NCBI GenBank assembly: GCA_033762295.1
Contig: JANRLW010000075.1
Span: 32,197 to 96,196, forward strand
Source of the DNA: Capsulimonadales bacterium
GTDB taxonomy: Bacteria; Armatimonadota; Armatimonadia; Armatimonadales; Armatimonadaceae
Length of the DNA: 64,000 bases
Direction: 5' to 3'
Positions 49,602-58,935 of the stretch are shown piece by piece. Within the stretch, counting starts at the first letter, position 1. Every line of letters begins with the position of its first letter. A program made the translations under genes and the position numbers. The notes beneath the pieces are model-generated. The model made no database searches, was not told the DNA's origin, and was given only the letters and a program-made list of their open reading frames with translations.

Positions 49602-49635
49602 AAACCCCGGACTTTCCGTCCGGGGTTTTTGTTTT
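49602..49635 (+). terminator. Intrinsic terminator closing the 47358-49579 operon
   Basis: aaaccccggac-tttcc-gtccggggttt followed by ttgtttt. Confidence 0.8.
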
Positions 49636-49691
49636 CCTCCGTGGCAAACAAAAGTATGATATAATATTGTGTATTTTTGAAAGGGAAAAGT

Positions 49692-50315
49692 ATGAAAAAG
49701 GAGATCGCGAAGTCGAGCGATGATCGCGCGTTCGACGGGCTGTCCAATCGGGAAATGGCGGCGATCCTTTTCAATATCGCGACGGTGTTGCGTGAGGAGG
49801 GCAATGTCAATCCCTGGCGAACGGCGGCGTACGAGCGGGGCGCGCGGGCGTTGATGGGCTACCCGACCGAGGCAACGGCAGTGCTTGCGGAGCAAAAGAA
49901 CGTACCGTTCCGACGATGGCAGCATATCGGCAAACGTCTGCAGCGGAAGATCCGGGAGATGGCGACGGTCGGTGAACTGGCGCAGTACCGGGAACTCCTC
50001 GGGACCCTGCCGACCCATCGTCAGGAACTGATGACCCTGCCCGGGATCGGTCCGCGAACGGCGGATCACCTGCATCGGGTTCTCGGGGTTTCGACCGCTG
50101 CGGAACTGGTCGCCGCGGCGCGGGACGGACGCCTTCGGTCGGTACGGGGCTTCGGCCCCCGTCGGGTGGCCCTGCTGGCGGCCGTCGGTCCGCCGGACGC
50201 CGCTTCACGCCATCTGTTCAGCGATCAGGAGGTCGAAGCCGCGGTCGCCGGTCCCGACGGCGCGGCGATGGTAACCACCGATTCGCCCGGAATCTCCACC
50301 ACGTCGCCCGCGTAG
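49692..50315 (+). CDS. Stand-alone PolX N-terminal (8 kDa + HhH) protein lacking the polymerase core
   Basis: SNREMAAIL..IA.VL...NPWRTAAYERGA, HIGKRL, LPGIGPRTA, VRGFGPR; no nucleotidyltransferase or PHP domain; tgaTATAAT upstream. Confidence 0.8.
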   Translation: MKKEIAKSSDDRAFDGLSNREMAAILFNIATVLREEGNVNPWRTAAYERGARALMGYPTEATAVLAEQKNVPFRRWQHIGKRLQRKIREMATVGELAQYRELLGTLPTHRQELMTLPGIGPRTADHLHRVLGVSTAAELVAAARDGRLRSVRGFGPRRVALLAAVGPPDAASRHLFSDQEVEAAVAGPDGAAMVTTDSPGISTTSPA

Positions 50316-50473
50316 AGCTTCCGACCGCGCCGCGCCTCACGTTCGCCGTTGACTCGCACCCGGATCTCCGCCAGGAACGTCCGGGCCTCGCCCCCCGTTT
50401 GAATCTGCCCTAAGAACTTCAACAACTGGCCCAGAGTGATAAACTCCTCGCGCAGTTCGAACGTCTCGCTCAT
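50225..50473 (-). CDS. S4 domain RNA-binding protein (YaaA/YbcJ-like)
   Basis: FITLGQLLK..GQIQTGGEAR..VRVNGE...RRGRKLYAGDVV. Confidence 0.9.
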   Translation of the reverse strand: MSETFELREEFITLGQLLKFLGQIQTGGEARTFLAEIRVRVNGEREARRGRKLYAGDVVEIPGESVVTIAAPSGPATAASTS

Positions 50474-50949
50474 TCCGGGGCCTTTTCGTTTTCCGAGGGA
50501 GCGGGCGACGGGGTCGGTCGGCCTGCCGTCATCGCCGCGCAGGCCCGGAAAAACAGTTCGATCCCCCGGGACGCGATAAAGGAACCGGCGATGCACATGA
50601 GCAGGAGGAGCAGCCACTGCCGCGCGAAACCGAGCAGGGAGTTCGAGACCTGAGAGATCGCATCGGAGGTGGCCGAGGGAGTGGCGGAAGGAGTCGCCGA
50701 CGGAAGCGGAGACGGGACGCCTGTCGGACGAGCGGCAGGGGCGGTCGGCGAAGGGGTGGGGGAGGGAGCGGCGGGCGACGTCACGGAGAAGCGGAGCGGA
50801 GGCGCCGGGGTTTCGAAAAGCGTCTGCGCCAGACGATAGACCCCGAAAAGCAGGCCGACGCCGACGAAAAAGACACCCAGACCGATCAGCGCGCCCGAAA
50901 GACGCACCGTATTATCCGCAACACGAGAAGAATGGGACTGAACTGACAT
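50470..50949 (-). CDS. Hypothetical 2-TM protein with Pro/Ser/Thr-rich linker
   Basis: Two hydrophobic helices flanking PSPT/ATPS repeats; ATGA overlap with the S4 gene. Confidence 0.7.
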   Translation of the reverse strand: MSVQSHSSRVADNTVRLSGALIGLGVFFVGVGLLFGVYRLAQTLFETPAPPLRFSVTSPAAPSPTPSPTAPAARPTGVPSPLPSATPSATPSATSDAISQVSNSLLGFARQWLLLLLMCIAGSFIASRGIELFFRACAAMTAGRPTPSPAPSENEKAPE

Positions 50950-51179
50950 CGGCTCTCTGATTCGGGGCGATTCCGGGACACGCACCGAACCACCGGAAAA
51001 GCGAAACCATCGTACCCCGTTCGCGACACGAATGTCAAGAATCGCGAAAACCGTAGACGAAAGCGGTCCCTGCGCCTCAATTCCCGCTTTTCCAGTCGCT
51101 TGCCGGTCAATTCGGGAACCATTCCGGCCTGGTAAAGTCGTCTATGTCATCGTTATTCGTCTTTATCAGGAGCAAAGGT

Positions 51180-52955
51180 TTGGAAACGCTGCCCCCTTCC
51201 GCGAGTCTGCCGCGCTGGAATCTTTCCGATCTGTTCACGGGACCGGACGACCCCCGGATGTTCGCCCGCCTGACCGCTCTCAAAGAGGAAGCGGAGAGGT
51301 TTTCCGGACGCTACAAAGGTCGGATCGCCGAACTGACCCCCGCCGAACTGGCCGAGGCGATGGTCGAGTATGAACGAATGGATCAGGACCTGACCCGAAC
51401 GGCGTCCTATTCCCGCCTGCGGTTCGCCGCCGATACCGCGCCGGAAAACGGCGCTCTGCTGCAGAAGGTGCGCGAACTGGCGACCGCCGCATCGGTGCCC
51501 CTGCTCTTTTTCGATGTCGAACTCCGCGCCCTGCCGCCGGAAACCCTGGAGGCGCGGATCGCCGCGCCCGAACTCGCCGGGTATCGACATTTCCTCGAGA
51601 CCGTGCGGGCCTTCGCCCCGTACCGGCTGACCGAACCGGAGGAACGCATTCGCGCCGAGTTCGCCGACACCGGCCGCCGCGCGTTCGTGCGGCTGCACGA
51701 TGAGATCTCCGCCGCGCTTCGATTTTCCGTGGCCGGACGGGAAAAGCCGCTGACCCTCTCCGAAACCATCCACCTGATGTCGGACGCCGACCGTCCAACC
51801 CGCAAAGCGGCCTCCGATGCCCTGACCGACGGACTTTCGGAGCAGGGACGAACCTACGCCTTCATTTTCAATACGCTGGTGCAGGACAAGGCGACCGAGG
51901 ATCGTTTGCGCGGTTACGCCTACCCCGAACAGGCCCGTCATCTGGATAACGAACTGACCGAGGAGATTGTCGAGGCGGTGACCACCGTCGCCGAAAGCGG
52001 CTACCCGCTCGTCGCACGCTATTACGCCGTCAAGAAACGTCTGCTCGGGGTGGAAACCCTCTACCAGTACGACCGGTATGCCCCGCTGCTGACCGAAGAA
52101 CGGACCATCGCCTTCGAGGAAGCCCGCGAACTGATTTCGGACGCGTTCGGACGGTTTCATCCGGCCTACCGGGACGCCGCCCGCGCATTCTTCGATAACG
52201 CCTGGATCGATGCTCCGGTCCTGCCGGGAAAACAGGGCGGCGCCTTCTGCTCCTACATCACTCCCGATCATCATCCGGTCATTTTCCTGAACTATCTGGG
52301 GCGGCCGGGGGATGTCCGAACGCTGGCCCATGAACTCGGCCATGGCATCCATGCCTACCTTTCGAGAGAGCGAACGTTCATCAATTTCCAGGGGACGCTG
52401 CCGATGGCCGAGGTGGCCTCCACCTTCGCCGAACAACTGGTATTCGATCGGATGCTCGAAGGCGCGAGCGAGGAGGGACGGCGCGCCGCGTATGCCGAGC
52501 AGATCGAACAGCAGTTCGCAACCACGTTCCGACAGACGATGCTCTACCGCTTCGAACAGAGCGTTCACCGTGAGCGACGCAGCGGCGAACTGTCGCTGGC
52601 CCGACTGAATCAGCTCTGGCAGGAAGGGAGCCACCGGATGTTCGGCGACTCCGTGACCTTCGAGGAAGGGCATGGAAACTGGTGGATGTACATCTCTCAC
52701 TTTATCGCCACGCCGTTCTACGTCTACGCCTATACCTTCGGCTTGATGCTGGCGCTGGCGCTCTATCGCAAATACCGCGAGGACGGCGATGCCTTCGCGC
52801 CCAAATACCTGGAGATGCTCCGGGCGGGCGGATCGCTCTCGCCGACGGCGCTGGTCGCCCCCCTCGGCATCGATCTCGCCGATCGAACGTTCTGGGAGGG
52901 CGCACTCAAAATCATGGAGGAACAGGTCACCGCTTTCGAACGGCTGAACGCCTGA
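51180..52955 (+). CDS. pepF: M3B oligoendopeptidase F
   Basis: PRWNLSDLF, YDRYAPL, GKQGGAFC, TLAHELGHGIH, AEVASTFAE, HFIATPFYVYAY; TTG start after AGGAG. Confidence 0.88.
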   Translation: METLPPSASLPRWNLSDLFTGPDDPRMFARLTALKEEAERFSGRYKGRIAELTPAELAEAMVEYERMDQDLTRTASYSRLRFAADTAPENGALLQKVRELATAASVPLLFFDVELRALPPETLEARIAAPELAGYRHFLETVRAFAPYRLTEPEERIRAEFADTGRRAFVRLHDEISAALRFSVAGREKPLTLSETIHLMSDADRPTRKAASDALTDGLSEQGRTYAFIFNTLVQDKATEDRLRGYAYPEQARHLDNELTEEIVEAVTTVAESGYPLVARYYAVKKRLLGVETLYQYDRYAPLLTEERTIAFEEARELISDAFGRFHPAYRDAARAFFDNAWIDAPVLPGKQGGAFCSYITPDHHPVIFLNYLGRPGDVRTLAHELGHGIHAYLSRERTFINFQGTLPMAEVASTFAEQLVFDRMLEGASEEGRRAAYAEQIEQQFATTFRQTMLYRFEQSVHRERRSGELSLARLNQLWQEGSHRMFGDSVTFEEGHGNWWMYISHFIATPFYVYAYTFGLMLALALYRKYREDGDAFAPKYLEMLRAGGSLSPTALVAPLGIDLADRTFWEGALKIMEEQVTAFERLNA

Positions 52956-53097
52956 CACAACCGAAGTTTGAAAAATCCGTCGGAAAAGGCTCGAAAAGTT
53001 ACGGGTTTTGTCCGATATCAAAGATTTCAGGCACGTAGTTCCGGCACGGGCATGTTAGTTGCGAATATGGGTAATCGCACGAGAAACACCATCCTTG

Positions 53098-53140
53098 CCC
53101 GGTGAGAACGGTTCGCCGTTCTTACCGGGACTTTTTTTTT
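53098..53140 (+). terminator. Strong intrinsic terminator
   Basis: 14-bp stem (one G-U) with TTCG loop followed by ac and T9. Confidence 0.85.
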
Positions 53141-53166
53141 CCATTTTCGCGTAAAGGTAAGTGGCC

Positions 53167-53817
53167 ATGAAACGCAAACTCCTCTCCGCTTTCTCGTCGA
53201 TCTGCCTGCTGGGCTTTTCCGCGTTCGCTTCTCCGGTTCGCGCCGACGATCCGCCGGCAAGCGGGGAAAACGCCACCCGGATAACGTACCGCCAACTGAC
53301 CTGGGACGATTTCCGGGTGGATGACCGGACACCCGGCATGTCCGCCCAGTCCCATATCTATACGTCGTTCGGGTTCAAAAGCCGGGTGGAGGGGCGCAAC
53401 GATTCCTACGTCGCCACCGTGACCGAACTGACTTTCAACGGCGGGTTTGACCGGCAGCGTTCCTGGCGTCGCTCCTCGGTCGGCGCTCGCAGCGAACTGC
53501 TCCTCGATCATGAACAGGGGCATTTCGACCTGGCCGAACTGAAACTGCGTCAGCTGCGGCGCTGGAAGCCCGAGGAGATGCCGACCGGTGCCGGTCGCTC
53601 GCCGGAGGAAGCCTACCGCGATCTGAAAAAGAAACTGCAAACCCGCTACCATGACGAGATAAAGGACCTGGAACGGACTCAGCGGCGGTACGACGAGGAA
53701 ACCAAACACGGCGTACGGCGCGACATTCAAAATCAATGGCGGGAACGGATCGACCGCGCGCTGAAGGAACTGCCCCAGGTGACACCGACCGCTCCCGCCG
53801 CAGGACGCGTCCGATGA
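53167..53817 (+). CDS. DUF922 family secreted putative zinc protease
   Basis: Signal peptide; LTWDDF, RSW, LLDHEQGHFDLAE, YDEETKHG, QNQW. Confidence 0.85.
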   Translation: MKRKLLSAFSSICLLGFSAFASPVRADDPPASGENATRITYRQLTWDDFRVDDRTPGMSAQSHIYTSFGFKSRVEGRNDSYVATVTELTFNGGFDRQRSWRRSSVGARSELLLDHEQGHFDLAELKLRQLRRWKPEEMPTGAGRSPEEAYRDLKKKLQTRYHDEIKDLERTQRRYDEETKHGVRRDIQNQWRERIDRALKELPQVTPTAPAAGRVR

Positions 53818-53914
53818 CGTTTCGTCTCCGCCGGTCGACGAATTCCCGCTAAAACGCGTATAATGGAGCGAACAACCCGGCGGCATCGCCGGAACGGTGG
53901 CGGAGGGGAAAACG

Positions 53915-55126
53915 ATGTCGGAGAACGATCTGCCGGACGGCATGGGAATGACACGGCGGAACCTGTTGCTCGGGGCCACCGCCCTGGCGATGACACGCTA
54001 CGCCGGCGCGGCCGCGGACCCCGCGAAAACCCCTTACGGCCTCCCCGGACCGTACCGCGGGCGGGTCGTCGAAGTCTTTCATCCCGACTCCGTCTTCGAT
54101 GGAAAGATCGATGCCGACGCCGTGCGCACCATGATGCGGCGCGGAATGTGCGAACTGACCGGCGCGAAGGACGAAACCGCCGCCTGGAAACGCTTCTTCA
54201 AGCCGGGCGATGTGGTGGCCGTCAAGGGCAGCGGCGTCGGACAACCCAGATCCATCAGTCAGCACGAAACCCTGAAAGAGGTTTTCCGCGGATTATCCCT
54301 GGCCGGCGTCCGCAATGAGGATATCGTGATGTACGAACGGTACGAGGTCGAACTGTTCGGCAACGGTTTCGATAAGATCATCCCGCCCGGCGCGCGGTTC
54401 GCGTTCGTCTCCCACGACGCCAATACCATGCAGGTCGATACCGACGGGTACGATCCCGAGACCTATGTCGAGTTCCCCCGTATCATGACCGGCGCGGACG
54501 CCGGAAACCCGGTGCATCGACGTTCGCACCTCAATGTGGTGGTCAGCAAACAGGTGACCAAGGTGATCAATGTCGCCGCCCTCAAGGACCATGCCTCCGC
54601 CGGGGTCACCATGGCGCTGAAAAATATGTCGCATGGCTTCGTCAATAACGTCTGCCGGACCCATATCAACGCCGATAACAACTGGTGCGCGACCTTCATC
54701 CCCGCCATCGTCGCCCTGCCGAAGATCCGTCAGAAAGTCGTCCTCCATATCGGCGACGGACTGATCGGCACCTATGACGGCGGTCCCGGAGCATGGAACC
54801 TGCACTTCAAAACCTGGGAGTACCGTTCGCTGTTCTTCGCGACCGATCCCGTCGCCATGGACCGGATCGGATGGGAGATTCTGGACCGGAAACGGGTCGA
54901 GGCCGGACTGCCCCGACTGGCCGAAACCGGCATCAAGGCGAAGAATCCGGGGTTCGAGCAGTTCAATCACCGTCAACCGGAACATGTTCTGCTGGCGGCC
55001 AAAGCCGGACTCGGCGAGGCGGACCTGGCAAAGATCAAGCATACCAGAATCGAACTGAAGGGCGACCCCAACAAGCCCCGCCCGACGAAACCGCCGGTGT
55101 CCTCCGACGAGGAAGCGGTGCGTTAG
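53915..55126 (+). CDS. DUF362 domain protein with Tat signal
   Basis: TRRNLL; PGDVVAVK, INVAALKDH..AGVTMALKN, DPVAMD, HVLLAAKAGLG; TATAAT at 53859. Confidence 0.85.
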   Translation: MSENDLPDGMGMTRRNLLLGATALAMTRYAGAAADPAKTPYGLPGPYRGRVVEVFHPDSVFDGKIDADAVRTMMRRGMCELTGAKDETAAWKRFFKPGDVVAVKGSGVGQPRSISQHETLKEVFRGLSLAGVRNEDIVMYERYEVELFGNGFDKIIPPGARFAFVSHDANTMQVDTDGYDPETYVEFPRIMTGADAGNPVHRRSHLNVVVSKQVTKVINVAALKDHASAGVTMALKNMSHGFVNNVCRTHINADNNWCATFIPAIVALPKIRQKVVLHIGDGLIGTYDGGPGAWNLHFKTWEYRSLFFATDPVAMDRIGWEILDRKRVEAGLPRLAETGIKAKNPGFEQFNHRQPEHVLLAAKAGLGEADLAKIKHTRIELKGDPNKPRPTKPPVSSDEEAVR

Positions 55127-56211
55127 CCGTCGCTTCCGTCGGAGTCGGTCGGGGAGGGGACGAGAGCGATCTCCTGCTGACTGGCGCAGTGGATCGCGCC
55201 CAGTCCCCAGATGAGTTCGCCGCAGTGGATACCGACGACCGAACGATCGGGGAAACAGTCGCTCAGGATGTTCAGCGCGATCCGGTCGTTGGGATCGTTG
55301 AACGTCGGCACCAGCACGAGGCGGTTCGTGATCAAAAAGTTCGCGTAACTGGCCGGCAGCCGTTGTCCGTCGAAGACGACCGGCCCCGGCATCGGCAGTT
55401 CGACGACGGTCAGGGGGTGACCCGCCTGATCCCGCGCCGCGAGCAGACGGTTCCGGTTGTCGCGGAGGGCGGCATAGTTGTCGTCCTGCGGGTCCGTCTC
55501 GGTGACGAGAACGACCGTGGTCGGGTTGACGAACCGGGCCAGGTCATCCACATGCCCGTGGGTATCGTCGCCCGCAATCCCTTTCCCCAGCCAGATCACG
55601 TTCGACACGCCGAAGTATTCCGCGAAGGTCGCCTCGTAATCCGCGCGAGTGAATCCGGGGTTCCGGCACTGGACGTCGCTCAGAAGGCATTCCTCGGTGG
55701 TCAGAAGCGTGCCCTGACCGTTCACATCGATCGATCCGCCCTCCAGCACCGTCCACCGGGTCTCCCCCGCCACCTCCCGGTGTGGCTGCAGACGGGGCAG
55801 ATCCAGCAGGCGCGAAATCCGGTATGGCAACCGGTTATCCTGTCGCCAGTCCTCATACTTCGCCCAGGCGTTGAACCGCCAGTCGAGAAGGACGCGCTCC
55901 GCGCCACGATAAACGAAGATCGGCCCGGAGTCGCGCAACCAGACCCGTTCGGTCGGAAGCGGAAACAGGTCGACCCGGAACGGGTCGACCCCGCTCCGCT
56001 CCAGGGCGCGGACCGCCTTCGCCCGTTCGCGGACGTTGCGCACGACCAGACGGACGCGCACGCACGTCGTCATCAGACGGATCATCTCGACGAAGACCCA
56101 GGGGATAGGTTCGAAGCGGTCGGGCCAGTCCTCGCGATGGTGCGGCCAGGCGAGCCAGATCGCTTCATGCGGCTCCCATTCGGCGGGCATTCGCAGGGCA
56201 AAATCGCTCAC
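55123..56211 (-). CDS. aguA: Agmatine deiminase
   Basis: MPAEWEPH, WLRDSGP, FNAWA, LEGGSID, DDTHGHVDD, ASYANF, GAIHCASQQ. Confidence 0.93.
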   Translation of the reverse strand: MSDFALRMPAEWEPHEAIWLAWPHHREDWPDRFEPIPWVFVEMIRLMTTCVRVRLVVRNVRERAKAVRALERSGVDPFRVDLFPLPTERVWLRDSGPIFVYRGAERVLLDWRFNAWAKYEDWRQDNRLPYRISRLLDLPRLQPHREVAGETRWTVLEGGSIDVNGQGTLLTTEECLLSDVQCRNPGFTRADYEATFAEYFGVSNVIWLGKGIAGDDTHGHVDDLARFVNPTTVVLVTETDPQDDNYAALRDNRNRLLAARDQAGHPLTVVELPMPGPVVFDGQRLPASYANFLITNRLVLVPTFNDPNDRIALNILSDCFPDRSVVGIHCGELIWGLGAIHCASQQEIALVPSPTDSDGSDG

Positions 56212-56224
56212 GCGTCGATCTCCG

Positions 56225-57106
56225 TCACCGTCCGAACCGCCGGGTGAGATCGCCGTAGGCGTCGATCCGCCGGTCCCGGAAGAAGGGCCATCCGCGGCGG
56301 GTCGATTCCATCAGGGCGGTATCGCACACGGCGGTCAGAATCTCCTCCCGGTCGGTCGAGGCGCGGGCGAGAACCCGTCCGAACGGGTCGACGATGAACG
56401 AACCGCCCCAGAACTCCAGTCCGCCGTTCGGGTCGCCTTCATGACCGATCCGGTTGCAGGCGGCCACATAGACGCCGTTGGCGATCGCATGGGAACGCTG
56501 AACGGTCTCCCAGGCATCGGTCTGAGCCGGTCCGTATTCGGCCTTCTCGGCGGGATGCCAGCCGATCGCGGTCGGGTAACAGAGCACGTGCGCCCCCTGC
56601 ATGGCGGTCAAACGCGCCGATTCCGGATACCACTGGTCCCAGCAGACCAGCGTCCCGATACTGCCGTACGCGGTGTCGAACGCCTGAAAGCCGAGGTCGC
56701 CCGGAGTGAAGTAGTACTTTTCGTAGTACAGGGGATCGTCGGGGATATGCATTTTGCGGTAGATACCGGTCAGGGTTCCGTCCCGATCGAGCACGACCGC
56801 CGTATTGTGGTAGACCCCGACCGCCCGTCGTTCGAACACCGAGCCGATGATGACCATGTTCGTGGCGCGGGCGGTATCCGCCAGAGCATCGGTCGTCGGC
56901 CCCGGAACGGACTCGGCCAGATCGAAAAGGGCGGGGTCCTCCGTCTGACAGAAGTAGGGCGAGGCGAACAGTTCCGGCAGACAGGCGACCTGTACCCCTC
57001 GCGCGGCGGCGTCCCGCAGAAGGTCACAGGCATGAGCGACGTTGGCCTGTTTCTCGGCGACCATGCGCATCTGGATCAGGCCCAGGGTGAAACGGATATG
57101 GGACAT
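56225..57106 (-). CDS. aguB: N-carbamoylputrescine amidase (carbon-nitrogen hydrolase)
   Basis: PELF, YRKMHIPDDP.YYEKYYF, VCWDQWYPE, YPTAIGW; adjacent to aguA; alternative start 57118. Confidence 0.9.
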   Translation of the reverse strand: MSHIRFTLGLIQMRMVAEKQANVAHACDLLRDAAARGVQVACLPELFASPYFCQTEDPALFDLAESVPGPTTDALADTARATNMVIIGSVFERRAVGVYHNTAVVLDRDGTLTGIYRKMHIPDDPLYYEKYYFTPGDLGFQAFDTAYGSIGTLVCWDQWYPESARLTAMQGAHVLCYPTAIGWHPAEKAEYGPAQTDAWETVQRSHAIANGVYVAACNRIGHEGDPNGGLEFWGGSFIVDPFGRVLARASTDREEILTAVCDTALMESTRRGWPFFRDRRIDAYGDLTRRFGR

Positions 57107-57185
57107 AGGCACCGACATTGTACCCCGTGTCCCGTTTTCCCCGACGAAGGGAGCGCCCCGGATGGCGTCGATCGTGATGATATCG

Positions 57186-58256
57186 TTAGCGGGTCGGCGA
57201 TGTCGCGAAACGGTTCGGGCTGCCCTCGGTGTCCCGGTCTTCGCTCTGAGGCTGACCTTCGCCCTGACTCCGACGTTCGCCCTGACGCCGATCCTTCGGC
57301 GTGACCCGGTACTGATCCCAGATGCGCCGGGCGATACCCTCCAGGAAATTGATCGTCCGCGCCTCGGGAAGCGGATACTCGGTGCCGACCTCGGCGTACC
57401 GATCCCGCACCCGGCAGATCATGTAGTGAACCGCCTCCTGCAGGATATCGATCGCCTCCCGTTCGGTCCGTTTCTCCTCCCCAGTGGCCCGATCGACGAA
57501 CGTATAGCGGACGATCTCACGGGAAAGGTAGGAGACCAGTTTCTTCCGCTCCTCCATGAAATGGAATTGGCGGGCCATATGGATGGGCTCGAGCATCTCC
57601 ATCGTGGCGTCCGGCGCGCTGTATCCCCAGGTGTAGTAGGCCTGCCGGAAGCCGACGCGCAGTCGAAGGCCGATACAGCGACCGTCCGGATCTCTGGGAT
57701 TGTAGAACAGGTCCTCCGTGTTGCGCTGATCCTTCCGAACGCGCCGTTCGCCCCGGCGGCGGTCGGCGCGAAGAAGATCCTGAAAATACGGAATCTCCAG
57801 GGCGTGGCAGAGAGCCTTCAGTCCGTCGCGGAGATGGCGAAAATCGAGGTATTCGTAGTTTCCGAGCGCAGGATCGACATCCTGCAAATCGACATCGTCG
57901 ACCCGAATCGGAAGGATGCGACCCTCCGGATGGAACTCCCGGAAACGACGGATCTCGAAGCCCACCCACTGACCCGTGTTCTCACCGGCAACGGTACGCC
58001 GGGAGAGCACGGCGATCAGGCAGGTCGACTGGCGCAGAGCTTCCATGACCTTGGGACGAATCCGCGCGCCGGGGTCCGCCATCTCCCGGCTATACCAGAC
58101 GGAAACCCCCTGAACCGTCAGCCAGTCGTAAATCAGGTCGCTGATTCCCGCATCCGCGCCGGTGTGCGACAGGAAACAACGGATCGACGATTCCTCCGGA
58201 GGGGTGGAACCATCGGCAGCGGAGAGAACACCGACGCTCGGAACGGAAGGATTCAC
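57186..58256 (-). CDS. TIR domain protein with two DRRxGERR motifs and an unknown C-terminal domain
   Basis: CFLSH..AD, VSVW, PG.., S.CLIAVLS, WVGFEI (conserved Glu), ILPIRV, YLDFR. Confidence 0.85.
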   Translation of the reverse strand: MNPSVPSVGVLSAADGSTPPEESSIRCFLSHTGADAGISDLIYDWLTVQGVSVWYSREMADPGARIRPKVMEALRQSTCLIAVLSRRTVAGENTGQWVGFEIRRFREFHPEGRILPIRVDDVDLQDVDPALGNYEYLDFRHLRDGLKALCHALEIPYFQDLLRADRRRGERRVRKDQRNTEDLFYNPRDPDGRCIGLRLRVGFRQAYYTWGYSAPDATMEMLEPIHMARQFHFMEERKKLVSYLSREIVRYTFVDRATGEEKRTEREAIDILQEAVHYMICRVRDRYAEVGTEYPLPEARTINFLEGIARRIWDQYRVTPKDRRQGERRSQGEGQPQSEDRDTEGSPNRFATSPTR

Positions 58257-58482
58257 GGTTTACCTCTTCGGTCGCGTTTGGAGTCGCGATAGGAGCGGTA
58301 ACGGCGACCTTTCGTGGACGTCGGCCCGCTTTCTCAATGAATTGACACCCCTTTATCCGGCATCGCTCTGCGGAAATCATCGGTAAAATTACGGGAACTT
58401 GTCTTTTACAACGAAAGAAAATTGACTGTACGCTTTATGTTGACATTTTTTAGTTGATCAATGTTAGGGAATCGGGTGCGAA

Positions 58483-58517
58483 GCGGAACCCTTCTCCCGG
58501 AATGCCCGTCTTGCGCC
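58483..58517 (+). promoter_or_regulatory. Putative ECF sigma promoter (copy 2)
   Basis: GCGGAACC-N15-CCGTCTTGCGCC (GGAAC-N17-CGTCT). Confidence 0.65.
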
Positions 58518-58549
58518 TGACAATGCCGGCAGGGCAGAGGAGGGACCGA

Positions 58550-58888
58550 ATGGGGGATACCACCATCATCAAAGTGCAGTCCGCACACTCCCCGCACGGG
58601 CAGGACGGACAGATCTATCTGGCGAGCGGAAAGAACGTGGCGATGCGCCTTTGGAAGGAAGTCCCGCCCGCAGAGCCGAACCCGCCGGTCACCCGCGACT
58701 ACGAAACCGTGGGCTTCGTTCTCGAAGGCCGCGCCGAACTGCACTCCGAAGGACAGATGGTCCTGCTGCAACCGGGCGACTCCTGGGTCGTTGCTCGGGG
58801 CGCGTCCCACTTCTACAAAATCCTCGAACCCTTTACCGCCGTCGAGGCGACCTACCCGCCCTCCCACGTCGAGGGGCGCGATCGATAA
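58550..58888 (+). CDS. Cupin domain protein
   Basis: YETVGFVLEGRAEL...LLQPGDSWVV.RGASHFY; GGAGG RBS. Confidence 0.88.
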   Translation: MGDTTIIKVQSAHSPHGQDGQIYLASGKNVAMRLWKEVPPAEPNPPVTRDYETVGFVLEGRAELHSEGQMVLLQPGDSWVVARGASHFYKILEPFTAVEATYPPSHVEGRDR

Positions 58889-58935
58889 CCCCGGGATCGA
58901 GAACCCTGAGACCCGTTCGTCGGAAAGCGACCCGA

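Noticed and set aside
53058..53090. Purine riboswitch (ATATGG loop)
   Set aside because: Lacks the GTTTCTACC junction and the P3 CCGTAAA loop
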